The notes under the pieces were generated by a model that had not been told where the DNA came from, made no database searches, and worked only from the letters and a program-made list of their open reading frames with translations. 64,000 bases of DNA from Antedon mediterranea (Eukaryota > Animalia > Echinodermata), in NCBI RefSeq assembly GCF_964355755.1, contig NC_092671.1:15996001-16060000 (forward strand), read 5' to 3'. Shown here in pieces: positions 1 to 12,600 of the stretch (position 1 is its first letter; every line of letters starts with the position of its first letter). The translations under genes and the position numbers were made by a program.

Positions 1-692
1 TTGTTCCATACTTTTGCAACTTCAACTTTGAACGATTATTTAATTTAATAGTCATAGTGGGGTATTATATATCTGTTATACAGGACATTGACAACTTTAG
101 CCTTATATTTACAGTTTACAATCCTGTGAGAAGTGACAACAATTTTAGAACATTGTGTACAAACAACAATTTATGCACACATTTAAAAAATATTATTTAA
201 AGAATTTAATTTTTAGTGGCGGCCATTTTGAAATCCAAGATGGCCGACAGATTATCGCTTTACATAGTTAGGATTGTATAATGGGTACAGTAATACCATC
301 AAAACGGACTTGTTCCACATTCATAATTTGTATTATTGGTGATATTCTGATTTTTAATAGGGTTATTTGAATGTTGGCGGCCATCTTGAATTTGGTCCTT
401 TAAAGGTCTTTTGAAAAAATGGCAACATATTTTTTTTCATTCCTTATATTATCAAGATATGAAATAAAGTCAAAGTTTGCTTTTAACAAAAAATATACAC
501 GACATTCATATAAACGACATACCAGCCTACACTATTAGCTAGATTAAACTGATATCAAGATAAGGTCAGAAAGCGATAAATCGCATAGTGATACCGGACC
601 GACAGACAGACCGACAGACCGACAGACAGACCAACAGACCGACCGACCGACCGACATAGTGAACTATAGAGTCGCGTCCACGCGACTAAAAA
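1..692. mobile_element. Helentron/HINE(DINE-1)-like non-autonomous element remnants
   Basis: (GACA/GACC)n microsatellite ~596-655 followed by hairpin AGTCGCGT-CC-ACGCGACT and an A-run; internal GGCGGCCATTTTGAAATCCAAGATGGCCG palindromic motif. The start of the window is related to ~8550-8620 and, inverted, to ~23520-23545. Boundaries approximate. Confidence 0.55.
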
Positions 693-1413
693 CTAGAAAA
701 ATAAATAAAGTTAAAATAAGCAAGAAATATTTCTTACAAAAAACGTAGCTCGTTTGAATGTGTCATTTTATTGTCACATTAAATAGTTATTCACGTTAAC
801 CAAACAATTATTCACCTGAAAAAATGTAATTTAAAGAAAAAAATACTTAAATTGTACAGACAATGGTTTTTGGGTTATAATCAAACGTTTCTTTTCTCTT
901 TTTATACGTGAATAAATATTGTTTTTTGTTACATGAGAAGTGAATAACTTTCTGCTGCTTGCTTTCAGCTTCTGAATGAGTTGTCTTCTTAGGACGCGTG
1001 CTGGCTAAAGCAGCAGCGTGAAAAAAAAAACACCACTGACTCTCACCATTGAGAAGTTTTCCTCCAGGCTCAATACTCGAATGAACGCCAACTTTAGTGA
1101 TCCATCTGATCTCTACTGCTGATAAACTGAACTCATCGGCCATGAACCATTATTAATACATAAACCCGGCCACAGCCCTAATTGAAACTAATAATATTGG
1201 ATTAATAACCAGATCGACTGCTCGATGTATCAACAAACCAATAGGCCTATACGATGATTGTATCATGATAATTATGCGTTTTTGGCTATTATAACTTAAG
1301 CTATACGTACAAATGACAAATGAAAAGATAAGCACAACATCTGTGCTTATCTTGTCATTTCGTTTTTTTCTCTCTCTTAATTCGGATCCAACCTGTGTAT
1401 CATAATCATAGAA

Positions 1414-3433
1414 CTTAGAAAATGTATTAAATTTATGGAAAAGACGTAACCTAAGTTTTTTTGGTAAAATTACTATTATAAAAACACTAGCAATATCAAG
1501 GTTTATCTATACTGCTAGTATTATTGAGGTGCCTAAGGAAATAATTACAAAAATAGAAAAACTGTTATATGACTTCCTTTGGAGTAATAAAAAAGAAAAA
1601 ATAAAACGAACAACATTAATTAGAAATGTGGAAGAAGGTGGTTTGAATATGCCAGATCTCACTTCGGTGATAGAATCGCTCAAACTAACCTGGGTAAGAG
1701 ACTCTTAAGCCCAGATCCAGGTAAATGGAAATGCATTCCAAAGTTTTACCTTCAACCTATTGAATATACAGTTAACATAACGCAGTTGAATTTAGAAGAG
1801 CATGCTAACCTGGGCAGTATGCCTTTATTTTATAGAAATATGATGAAGTCTGTTGTAAAATTAAACAATATCATACATGTAAAACCAAAAACTACCATGG
1901 AAATAAAGAGCCAACAATTATGGGAAAACAGACATATCGTATTGAACAATAAATCTATGTATTTTAAAGTATGGTTATCTTCTGGGTTTAAAACAATCGG
2001 TGATATTTACATGATTGATAGAGTACTTTCACCTTGTGAAATATTTTCTAAACTGTATAAACGGCATAACGCCTTAATTGAATATATGCAATTGTTAAAA
2101 GCCATACCAAAAGAGTGGAAAGAAATTATTGAAAAAGGTAATACAAAAAAGGAAGACAATAGTATTCCTAGTCTACGACTTTATATGAAAAATAAAGGAA
2201 CCGTCTTCTATAATCATTTTATTAATAGATGTTCAAAAATACCAAATTCACAAACAAAATGGGAAATAGAACTAGGTAAGGTAGACATTGATTGGAGTAA
2301 TGTTTGGTACTATAAAGTTTATAGACTAAAACATATACCCAAAGTTGCTCAATTTAATTTTAAACTTCTGCATAGAATACTACCATGTAAAAAACGATTG
2401 AAAATCTGGAACTTAGCAGGTAATGATTTATGTGATAAATGTATAAACAAGGTTGAAACTGAAAAACACATGTTATATAAATGCAGTGTAATTCAATGGA
2501 TATGGCTTAAATTTAAAAATGTCATAGCTAAGAGCTTTTCAAACGAAGACCCAATAACTTGGACTACAATGATTACTGGATCAAATAACATAATTGTAAA
2601 TGAATTGATTTCATTATTTGTATTCTCTATATATAAGTTGCATATATTAACAAAACCTGAAAAAAAAAGGAAACAACTATGAAAAAAAGATCTGGAATCT
2701 TTTTATTACTGAAGTAAAGCATTTAATTGAAAATGAGTATAAGTGCTACTACTTTAAAGCTCAATGTAAATGGGGAGATATAAAGCAAAATCTCCTTAAA
2801 TTAATGAAATAAAAAAAATGCTATTTTTATCTCTTAAATACATTGTATATAGGCCTAGTAACTATATTAGTTTTAAGATATGTCATCCGGGTATGAAGCG
2901 ACTCACATACACACAGAGCCAAAATATTACCTTGGACTTGCACTGTGTATGGACTCTAACCTTACGGTTTTCATTATATATATCATTCCATCCTATCCAT
3001 TCTAAACACCCTTTTTTCAAGCTTTTGCATTCTTCGTTTTCATCTCATCCATTTTTTTCTTGGTGAAAAGGGAAGATTCTTTATATTCTTCCCCTGAGTT
3101 TATAGCCTCTCTACCCAGACAACGGACACGAACAGAATAAAACAACAATAATAACTTTTTCATAAGTACGTTTTTTTTAAATCAATTTTTATCGTCAGTT
3201 TACTGCCATCGACATATTTTAATTAATTGTATTTTTAAAAATGTATGAATGTAAATGTGGTTACTTCTTAACATCAAAATAATCTTAGTCTTATGTATAT
3301 ACTGTTCAAAAGATATGTCTTTTTTAACAATGTACCTTATAAATAAGAGAATTATATAAATGTGCATATATACATATATTATTTATATTTATATAATAAA
3401 AGTGGGACGAACCCACACAAGACAAAAAAAAAA
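1414..3433 (+). mobile_element. 5'-truncated L1/Tx1-clade LINE (C-terminal ORF2: end of RT, zf-RVT, 3' UTR, polyA)
   Basis: Translation LENVLNLWKRRNLSFFGKITIIKTL...FLW...EEGGL, frameshift near 1700, then ORF 1786-2682 with FNFKLLHRILPC and CDKC..ETEKHMLYKC. AATAAA ~3395, A-tail 3424-3434, and a 12-bp TSD ATAATCATAGAA at 1402-1413 and 3434-3445. Confidence 0.9.
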
Positions 3434-3489
3434 ATAATCATAGAAGATCTTTAGTGTTAATCCGGGGAGGGTTTTAGGCATTTATATAT

Positions 3490-3640
3490 TATATCCGCTT
3501 CCGTCGAGGTGTCTGGAATCTATGGTGCCAATCAAACTTTTGGAAAACATAATGTGCAATCGAATTAAAGACTTCTCCGCTAATCTAGAATCGTTGGCCA
3601 TGGATTGGTCATAACTATGTATCCGGTATATATAAAAACA
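3490..3640 (+). promoter_or_regulatory. Putative core promoter of the cysteine-rich gene
   Basis: TATATATAAAA at ~3627-3637, about 45 nt upstream of ATG 3679; CCAAT (~3528), ATTGG (~3604) and an ETS-like CTTCCG (~3498). Confidence 0.5.
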
Positions 3641-3678
3641 AAACACGTATGTTTAAAATCGTTATTCAGTTGAATAAG

Positions 3679-6600
3679 ATGGCTAAGACATTACAGTTAG
3701 TTATCACGGCCAGTCTGCTCTGTGCAGTAAGCATAGCACATCCATACGTAATTGGTAAGTACACACGTCATTACATTTTTATGTTTTTTCATAAAATACA
3801 TACGAATATCATACCTTTAGATTTCAAGACAATTATCAGTAGAGAAGAACAAGAGGTAATGTATATGCCTATGTTTTCAATTATCGGTAGGTCTAATGTT
3901 GTAGTAAAACATTACCGTATCACTGGAGAAGTGGGTGGGGGCGGGGGATGGCTACTATGAGCAAACCCAATTAGTTACTTCACGTTCGTCGAATTCAAAT
4001 GTAAGACGAATAGGTCAAGGGTAATTAAACCACGGTCATTTTATTATTTCCCCGTCTTAATCGTTTTGCTTAAGTCAATTAATAATGCTTAAGTGAAAAC
4101 TGAAGCTTTATTAATGTTACTAACAGTTTATTTTTATTTGGCTTTAAAAGAAACAAATATGTACACATTATTTTTGCTTACGTTATTTTAAAAAAAATGG
4201 GTTTTTTTAAACAAGTCTATGATGTATTTCCACTTAATCTTCAATGTGGGTTTGATACCTTAAAAGTGGGTGTTAGGAAGGAAACAGATACTTGTATCCA
4301 ATCGTAATAGAAAGGGAAGTACGCAATGCATTGGGTTTCGGCGATTGTATTGTCTCAACGATGTTTGAACATCCTTTCTGAATGCATAAATATTTATCTT
4401 TAAGAATCATTGGTTTTACAAGGTCTTAGAAATCAATAATACAAAATGGCAAAACCTGAAAAAACAAATTCTTTAAAATGTGAAGAAAAAAGCAAACTTT
4501 CACTTCGTCATTATTCTTTTTCTTTTTTCTGTTGATTGTTCAGCGGTTACAGGCGCCCTGAATTTTGCGCTATATTAAATTTAACTTTATTTTTATTAGT
4601 ATATGATTGTCTAAACTACATTCACCAACCCTATGACCGTATTCACCAATCACACTTAAGTGATATATCAACCTTAAATATTTTAAGTATTTCACTTAAC
4701 TCAATATTTAAGTTTTTCCCTTAGATTGTATTCACTTAGATTGTTTTAATTGTAAGGGTAAATGTTTCCCTTAGCTTAAGTGTGAATGGTGAATATACCG
4801 TCACTGGTCCTCAGAACCCACTAATTGTTTTGCTCAGGTGAGGAATCAACTACACCCAGACCATGTCCGGGGCTTGACTGTCCATTACTTGATTGTCTGC
4901 TGTACGGATACGCACGCGATGAATACGGTTGCCAGATATGCGAATGCGCTACGGGTAAGTGATGATAACAGACTGAATAAATGAAAATAGAATACATTAA
5001 GCTCGGTCTACACTATCAAACTAATTTGAAAAACAAGTTTGTGCCCAAATATGGTAGTGTGTGCCTAAATATGGTAGTGATAGTCTATATATGGGCACAT
5101 CACATTTGTTTGTCACATAAACTTTGACAGTGTAGATAGAGCTTTACAGAATGAATAATAGAATAGAAAAACAGAATTTTCATGACTGGTGTTGCTATCC
5201 AAATGACACCCCCCATAAAGTCAACTAATCTACATTCCTTTTTCTTAGAATATTTTAACATTCAATTGCAATATTTAAGAGTTGGGTTTAATTATTTTTT
5301 ATTTAACTATATTTTGTTAGGCCCAGGCGAGGAATCAACTACACCAAGGCCCTGTCCAGGTCTTACCTGTCCATTGCTGGATTGCCAGTACGGCTATGCA
5401 CGCGAAAACGGTTGCTACATATGCGAATGCACAGCGGGTAAGCCATATGATAACAGATGATAAATAACATAAATAAAACAACATTTACAGAATGAATGAA
5501 CAGTTTATGAATTATTAAGGAACGAATAAATGAATGAGCGTATATAGACGAAAGAATATGGAGATAAATATGAATGAATGAATAAACGAATGTATGAATG
5601 AATAATAATATTAATATATGAAATAAACGAATATAATCGGAACAAATACTGCTGAACATTGATGAATTTAATGAACGAATATAATGAACAATCTAACAGC
5701 AATAAATAAATAAATAAAAGAGCTATTGTATTATTTTTAGGTCCATGTCCTGATTTAGATTGCCTTTTTAATTGTCCATTTGGGTATTTAAGAGATGAAA
5801 ACGGATGTGAAACATGCAAATGCAGGCCGGGTAAGTTGAATTGCTGCCCTCAGCTTAAGTCGTATAACCATAGATATGAAAGCCTAAGCCTATATTATTC
5901 TATCTCTATTTGTTAGGTAAATCATGTATGATACCACCAAACTTTCGAGTTAAAATCAAGATTGTGAAGCATTTGATAAATAGGCAAACTGCCATAAAAC
6001 ACCGTGTTTCGAGAAACTATTCTCATCATCAGAACAGAAATCAACGCCAAGAGTACTTATATACCAATAAATACGTATACCATCATTTACTCGAATAAAC
6101 TCCGCCACTAATACACGCTCCCCCCACTCCCCCTCTGCACCCCCTGAATACTGTATTATAACACATTTTGTAGTAGAATTCATGACTTTCAAGATCTACA
6201 ATTTACTATGCATTTTGACACAATTTTTACTGTATTTTATTAGTGATATTAGGCCTTAGTTATGTTGTATTTTTTCATGGAGGGAGCAATTTGATGATAC
6301 ATAATCACGCCCAAAATAAACGCCTCCTTCGAATAAATTAACTCTCCCTAAAACCCCTCCAGAACAATAAATGATTAAATAAGGTACCTTAAACAGATAT
6401 TGCAATCATATTATATATTCGTACACTGTACAATTGTATTATATAGATGAAAGTTGCGACGCCTCCAAAATATGTAAGAACAACCCGTGTGCACCTGGAG
6501 TCGTCTGTCCATGGAAAATATCAACAGTGTGTGTGTAAGTTAAATACAATCTTATTCCTACAATTATAATTAAAAAATCATGTCGTTACAGTTTTAAACT

Positions 6601-9600
6601 AATGAGAAATAAGTCCATGAACTAATTAAGGAGGTGGTCGAGTAGTCGCGGATTAAAATCCTGACGACGTATAGGCCTATATTTATATTTGCACAGGGAA
6701 AAGTGAAATTACACTTTTCACTCTTCCCTGATTTACGGGAATCCAGAAGAATTTGACGCAAACGATTCTTTTAACATATCAATTGTTATGATTTGCTTAA
6801 AGCAAAGAAAAGTTAAATTACAACTGATTTCACTCTTCCTTGCATTCAAATAAACCCTAAACAAAACCCAAATTGAAAAAAAAAGATATTGAAATACAGA
6901 AAATTCAGAAAAAAATGAATGCCAATGTTTACGAATGGTATGACAATAAGTATGATACTAAAGCTTAAAATTATGAGGGAAAACAGAAAAAAAAAAAAAA
7001 AAAAAAGGTAGAACATGTTTAGAAATAATTATGTAGGGCCTAATGAAACATTGAATAAATAAAGGAGGTAGTAAAAGATTTTAAAATGTTTCGTTTCACC
7101 TTAATTAATACTACTACTGGTTTGATCTTATTTACTTAAAGGTTTGTATTGTTTATTATTACTTTATACAATTATTATTATTAGTTATTTTGTTAGCTTA
7201 TTTGGTCTTTTACAGGCTTTGCGTCTTTTATTTAATACTTAAGCTGTCATAACGTATCAAGTGATGCATTGTGAAATAAAAACGAATGAATGAATAGTTC
7301 TTAGAGTACGTTATACATCAATTCGTAAACGTAAACGAACAAAATACATCGGATGTGATTTAATTCAATTCTTAGAACAATCGCATATTTTCAAGATGGA
7401 TAAAACTTACACAAAAACATATGTTAATTGGTATAGGTCCGGCACTTATAATTATAAGTATTAAAGAACAAACTATTTGGAATTAACTATATAATATATT
7501 CGTCTTAATGAACGGATAGTTAAAATCCAGAGGAAGTGGAGTGGCGTACTTAGGAAGTCTTCAACTATTTAGCAACTAATCATAAGTGAATCGTAATACA
7601 AAAGATATGTTGAAGTAGGAAGTAGAATCTAATCCATTGTACGTATTAACAATATAGGCACGACTGAGTCAACTACTTTAGGTGAAGGAAAGTGGTTTAA
7701 CCGTACTCAGAGTTCCGTTATGATCGGCTCTGGTTGTTGAACTTCGGTTTTCAGTGGAAAACAGTAATATGAACATCTAAGGAAAATGAATACAATTGCA
7801 CATTGGGATCCACTAGAGACGAAACACAAGGACGTAACGCAACGTAAGTTGACCAATCACAAGCAATGAATTATTCGAACTGTCGCTTGTCATTGGTCAA
7901 CACGCTTGCGTTGCGTTTACGCTCTTGCGTTACGTCCTAGTGAGAACCAAGCTTAAGGTTCGAAATTCGATTGTGGATTAATAACATAGAAACACAATTC
8001 ACATTGTGGAGGAAGAGATGGGCGCGATTATAATATATATATATATAAGGTTGAATATGCGATAATATAGTTATTAGTACATTACATTATCTTTTCTATG
8101 ATATTATTTTTATTTATATTTTAGGCCAAGTAATTGTGATTGTAAACCACATTTTTATGATATTGGTGGAAGAGAAGTGGAATGCACAGGTATTTAAAAA
8201 ATATTGTGACACAATCATATCCATAATGAATATAATATTTATTGTTTAGTATCAAAACTTTACATACATAGAAAAAAATATGTAGCAAATGCATGTGTTG
8301 TGTTGTGCATATATTACAAAAGATACAACATTGAATGGATGACTTGCTGGTAGACCTAGACATAAATTATGCTTTATTTATTTAACAACTTCTATATACA
8401 GGATTACACAATCAGGCAAAAGAAAACCGGTTTCGCATCGGGGTCCTGTCTTGATACAAACAAATCAGGAAAAAAAAGTTTAGTTTTGTGAAAAAAATGA
8501 GATCGATATCTAGCTTTGAATGAAGCAATGTTTAATTTCAGTTGGTAGGTTATTCCATATTTTAGAGCCTGCAACTTTGAACGCCGAGTTCATTTTACTA
8601 ACTTACTTATAGTAGGGTACCGTATTGTTATATTTAGGCGTGCCATTTATATTCTTATTTTCTTAGCTGTGACATTGGATGCATGTGAGAGTGGTGATAA
8701 CTGTTTGAATGGAGGAGTTTGTGTAGAAGATCCAACAATCGCCCGTGGCTTTACATGTGACTGTCCAAAGTGTTACAAAGGTCGTCGATGTGGAAGAAGT
8801 AAGTTTATAATGACAATCATTGTATTCTAAAGCTCTGTCTACAGTATCAAACTAGTTTGACAAAAAAAGTTTGATGTGCCCAAATATGGTAGTGATATGC
8901 CAAATATGGTAGTGATATTACATTATCGTGTCCATATATGGGCACATCACATTTTGTTGTCACATAAAGTTTGATAGTGTAGACAGAGCTTAATGCGTCC
9001 TCACACAATAGTATTCATTGATTTGTCAAATGTTCTGTATACTTTATGGATGTTTTAAAACTCCGGATACCAATATTATCACTGTTTTTATCAATGCCTA
9101 AAAAAATATTGATATTCATAATTATTCATTATACAATTTAGTGTTTTACGTTACGTAATTAAGGGACAGTCGTCATATCTAAACTATTTTAACATCATTG
9201 CCTACAAATTATTAAAATTCATAATTATTCATAATAATAATTCAATTCAAAGTGTTTTGAAATTGAAATTGATTGAAATTGATTGATTGAAATATATATT
9301 TATACTGGGTAACCTCTTCAGTCAAAGACTGGTCTCCCAGAGGGCCCAGTTGGTGATCAGTGGCTGTGATGTACTAATAACCCCCTACTCGTCTCGAAAG
9401 ATGTACTAGGTTCTTTAAAGTGCACACGAGCAAGTTGTGTACACTGGACCTACGGTTTATAGTCCTTATCCGAGAAGACTCGTTCTACCACCAGAACCAT
9501 GGAGTGAGTGAGCCTCGAACCCCTGCCGATGTTATGGCTACGTGATTACGGTTCCACTGTCTTAACCGCTCGGCCACTCACCCACGTAACGAAGGGACAG

Positions 9601-12600
9601 CCGTCATATCTAAAATATTTTATTACTATGATACATATACCTTAATAATACTATTTTCCCCCAGAGAACTGTCCTTTCAACTACTGCAACAAAAAATGTC
9701 CCTTTGGTTATGCCACGGATGACTGTGGCTGTGACATTTGTGTGTGTCTACCAGGTAAGTAAGGCCTACATAGCTACATTAATGAATATTTCATATCATC
9801 AGGCTAACTACCTGCCTATAGGCCTAATGTTTTTCGCCACATGATGGGAAAAACTAAGTACCATCCAAGTATTATGGCTATATGCGGTACACACTGATAA
9901 TTAATTAATTGTGCAGTTATTAATCGAGGCTTCTATATCGAGCGTTATTTTTCTCCCTAATGAATGATAACTCGGTACAATTTGTAGTCGTAGTTATTCG
10001 TGATTATTATGTTTCCAGAGCCATGCGATCCTCCCGCTACATGTCTAATCGACCCATGTGATCCAGAGTTCTTTACATGCAATCTCAATCCAAATGCCGT
10101 TTGTGTGTAAGTATTATAGGCACTATACTTTAATTATATTTTTTTTTCATTTGAATTTTCTAAATTTAAAGTAAGTTTTTGTAATATTTTCAGTATATAT
10201 TGAATCATAATTACTTTGTAACACATGCAAAATTGATATCGGTGGTGTGAAAGTGAGATCAGGGCTAATAAGTGTTTTAGTTTTTAGGCCTTTTGCCATA
10301 TACCAAACTTGTTAGCACGCCAATAAAGTTATAAGCCATTCAATGTTGTATTACCATTCCATTTTAATTATCATTTGTAGCCCAAACAACTGCGATTGCA
10401 CTCAAGAGTTTTACACACATTCTGGTAAATTAGCAGTGTGTGGTAAGTTTATATTTCTCTTCAATGTAAAGTAGATTTTCGAAAATAATAAATACATGTC
10501 AGTATATAATACAATTACATACACATGTTCATATATCCATTCTTGTGTCACAAAAAACACACAAAATAAGATGCCATCTTTCGTACTTTGATATCTGCAG
10601 AGTGTCCGCCAGTCTGTGAAATAGCCTGTGAATTTGGAAATGTTCTTGATAAAAACGGTTGTCCAACGTGCGAATGCAAGCCCGCACCACGTAAGTTTAA
10701 ACCGTAAGGCCATATCCTATATGTACAATTAAGTATACAATGTTATTTTGAAACTTCAATATAAACCCACTTTAGTTTACTGTATTAATAGTGGGTCCCT
10801 TATTACTCAAAATTAGTTTCACAACAGTATGCACATTTTAATGTGCATAAGAGCTGTTAAAAAAGCTCTTATCTCTCCCAAACCTTCTGTTCATATTCCA
10901 TTAACGAAAGCTTCGTCAAACGTGATGCGACAAAAAATGTGATGTGCCCATTGATGTCATATCACTACCATATTTGAACATATCATTTCCATATTTGGGC
11001 ATATCACACTTTTTTGTCAAACTAGTTTGGTAGTGTAGACAGAGCTTTACAATAATATCCCATTATTAATATCTGTAGTTTATAGTTGAAAATAAACCTT
11101 TTTATGTTCAGCTTGTGAACTGGTTTCTTGTGGAAATAAAACGTGTCCATTCGGTTACGTGACAGACAGGAGAGGCTGTCCGACCTGTATCTGCTTACCA
11201 GGTATTGCAATTGATTGTATTTGTACGTTAATAAATATAATGTATTAAAATATTCCCAACCAAATCACACCATTAATACATATGGCCTATTGTTTCATAG
11301 TTTTGGTTTTATAAGTTAAAAGAATACAGGTCATCGATTAAATAACCTTAAAACAGATTTCTAACGATTTCACTGCCCGATTATTACTGTGAATCTGTTT
11401 ATAGATAAACCACTTTGATTATGCTTTTCAAACACAATATGTATAACAATAATAAAGACATAGGCCTAATAACTATCTGAAATCTACATCAATATACAGT
11501 TATATGTTATTGATTATAATATTGCTACTGTATAGAGCCTTGTGAAAACCCACCATTCTGTTTCATTGATCCTTGCGACAAACGTTTCTTCACCTGTGAA
11601 CTACAACCAGACGCAATTTGTGTGTAAGTTAAACCCTAAACAACCTTTTAAACTTGTCGAGTATTTAAAACAACATTATCAACTTTTTAACTTATAATTA
11701 GCCTCAATAAGACTGGTTTCAGGATTCTATTTGGGAAGGTGTGGGCCGGAACTATGGTTTGGGATACCTATGTGTAGGCCTACTCATTCTAATTATGGTT
11801 TAATGGTTTTAACCATTCAATTTAGACATTTATGTTCTCATAATATTGAACTTCGTTTTTAAAACCTACTTCTAGTTGTTTTTGTAAGGTTTAACGGTAC
11901 AAATATATCGATTTTCAGCGCTTCTTGTGTCTGTACTCAAGAATTTTATACACGAGATGGTGAGCTGGCGATCTGTGGTAAGTTTGACTATAATGAAGAA
12001 AGGTGATAAGATTGTAATAGTGATGACGAAAAGGATGAATATAATAAAGAGAGTGATACGATTGTAATAGTGATGACGAAAAGGATGACTATAATGAAGA
12101 GAGTGATAAGATTGTAATAGTGATGACGAAAAGGATGAATATAAAGAAGAGAGTGATAAGATTGTAATAGTGATGACGAAAAGGGTGACTATAATGAAGA
12201 GAGTGATAAGATTGTAATAGTGATGACGAAAAGGATGAATATAAAGAAGAGAGTGATAAGATTGTAATAGTGATGACGAAAAGGGTGACTATAATGAAGA
12301 GAATGATAAGATTGTAATATAGTGATGACGAAAAGGATGAATATAAAAAAGAGAGTGATAAGATTGTAATAGTGATGACAAAAACGATGACTATAATGAA
12401 GAGAGTAATAAGATTGTAATAGTGATGACGAAAACGATCAATATAAAGAAGAGAGTGATAAGATTGTAATAGTGATGACAAAAACGATGACTATAATGAA
12501 GAGAGTGATAAGATTGTAATAGTGATGACGAAAAGGATGAATATAAAGAAGAGAGTGATAAGATTGTAATAGTGATGACGAAAAGGATGAATATAAAGAA

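Noticed and set aside
1786-2682. Stand-alone 298-aa host gene
   Set aside because: It is the frameshifted C-terminal part of LINE ORF2, bounded by a TSD and polyA.
8566-8640. Possible exon of the cysteine-rich gene after TTTAG
   Set aside because: The sequence matches the repeat at the window start, and the exon at 8125-8189 supplies the expected module half in the correct phase.
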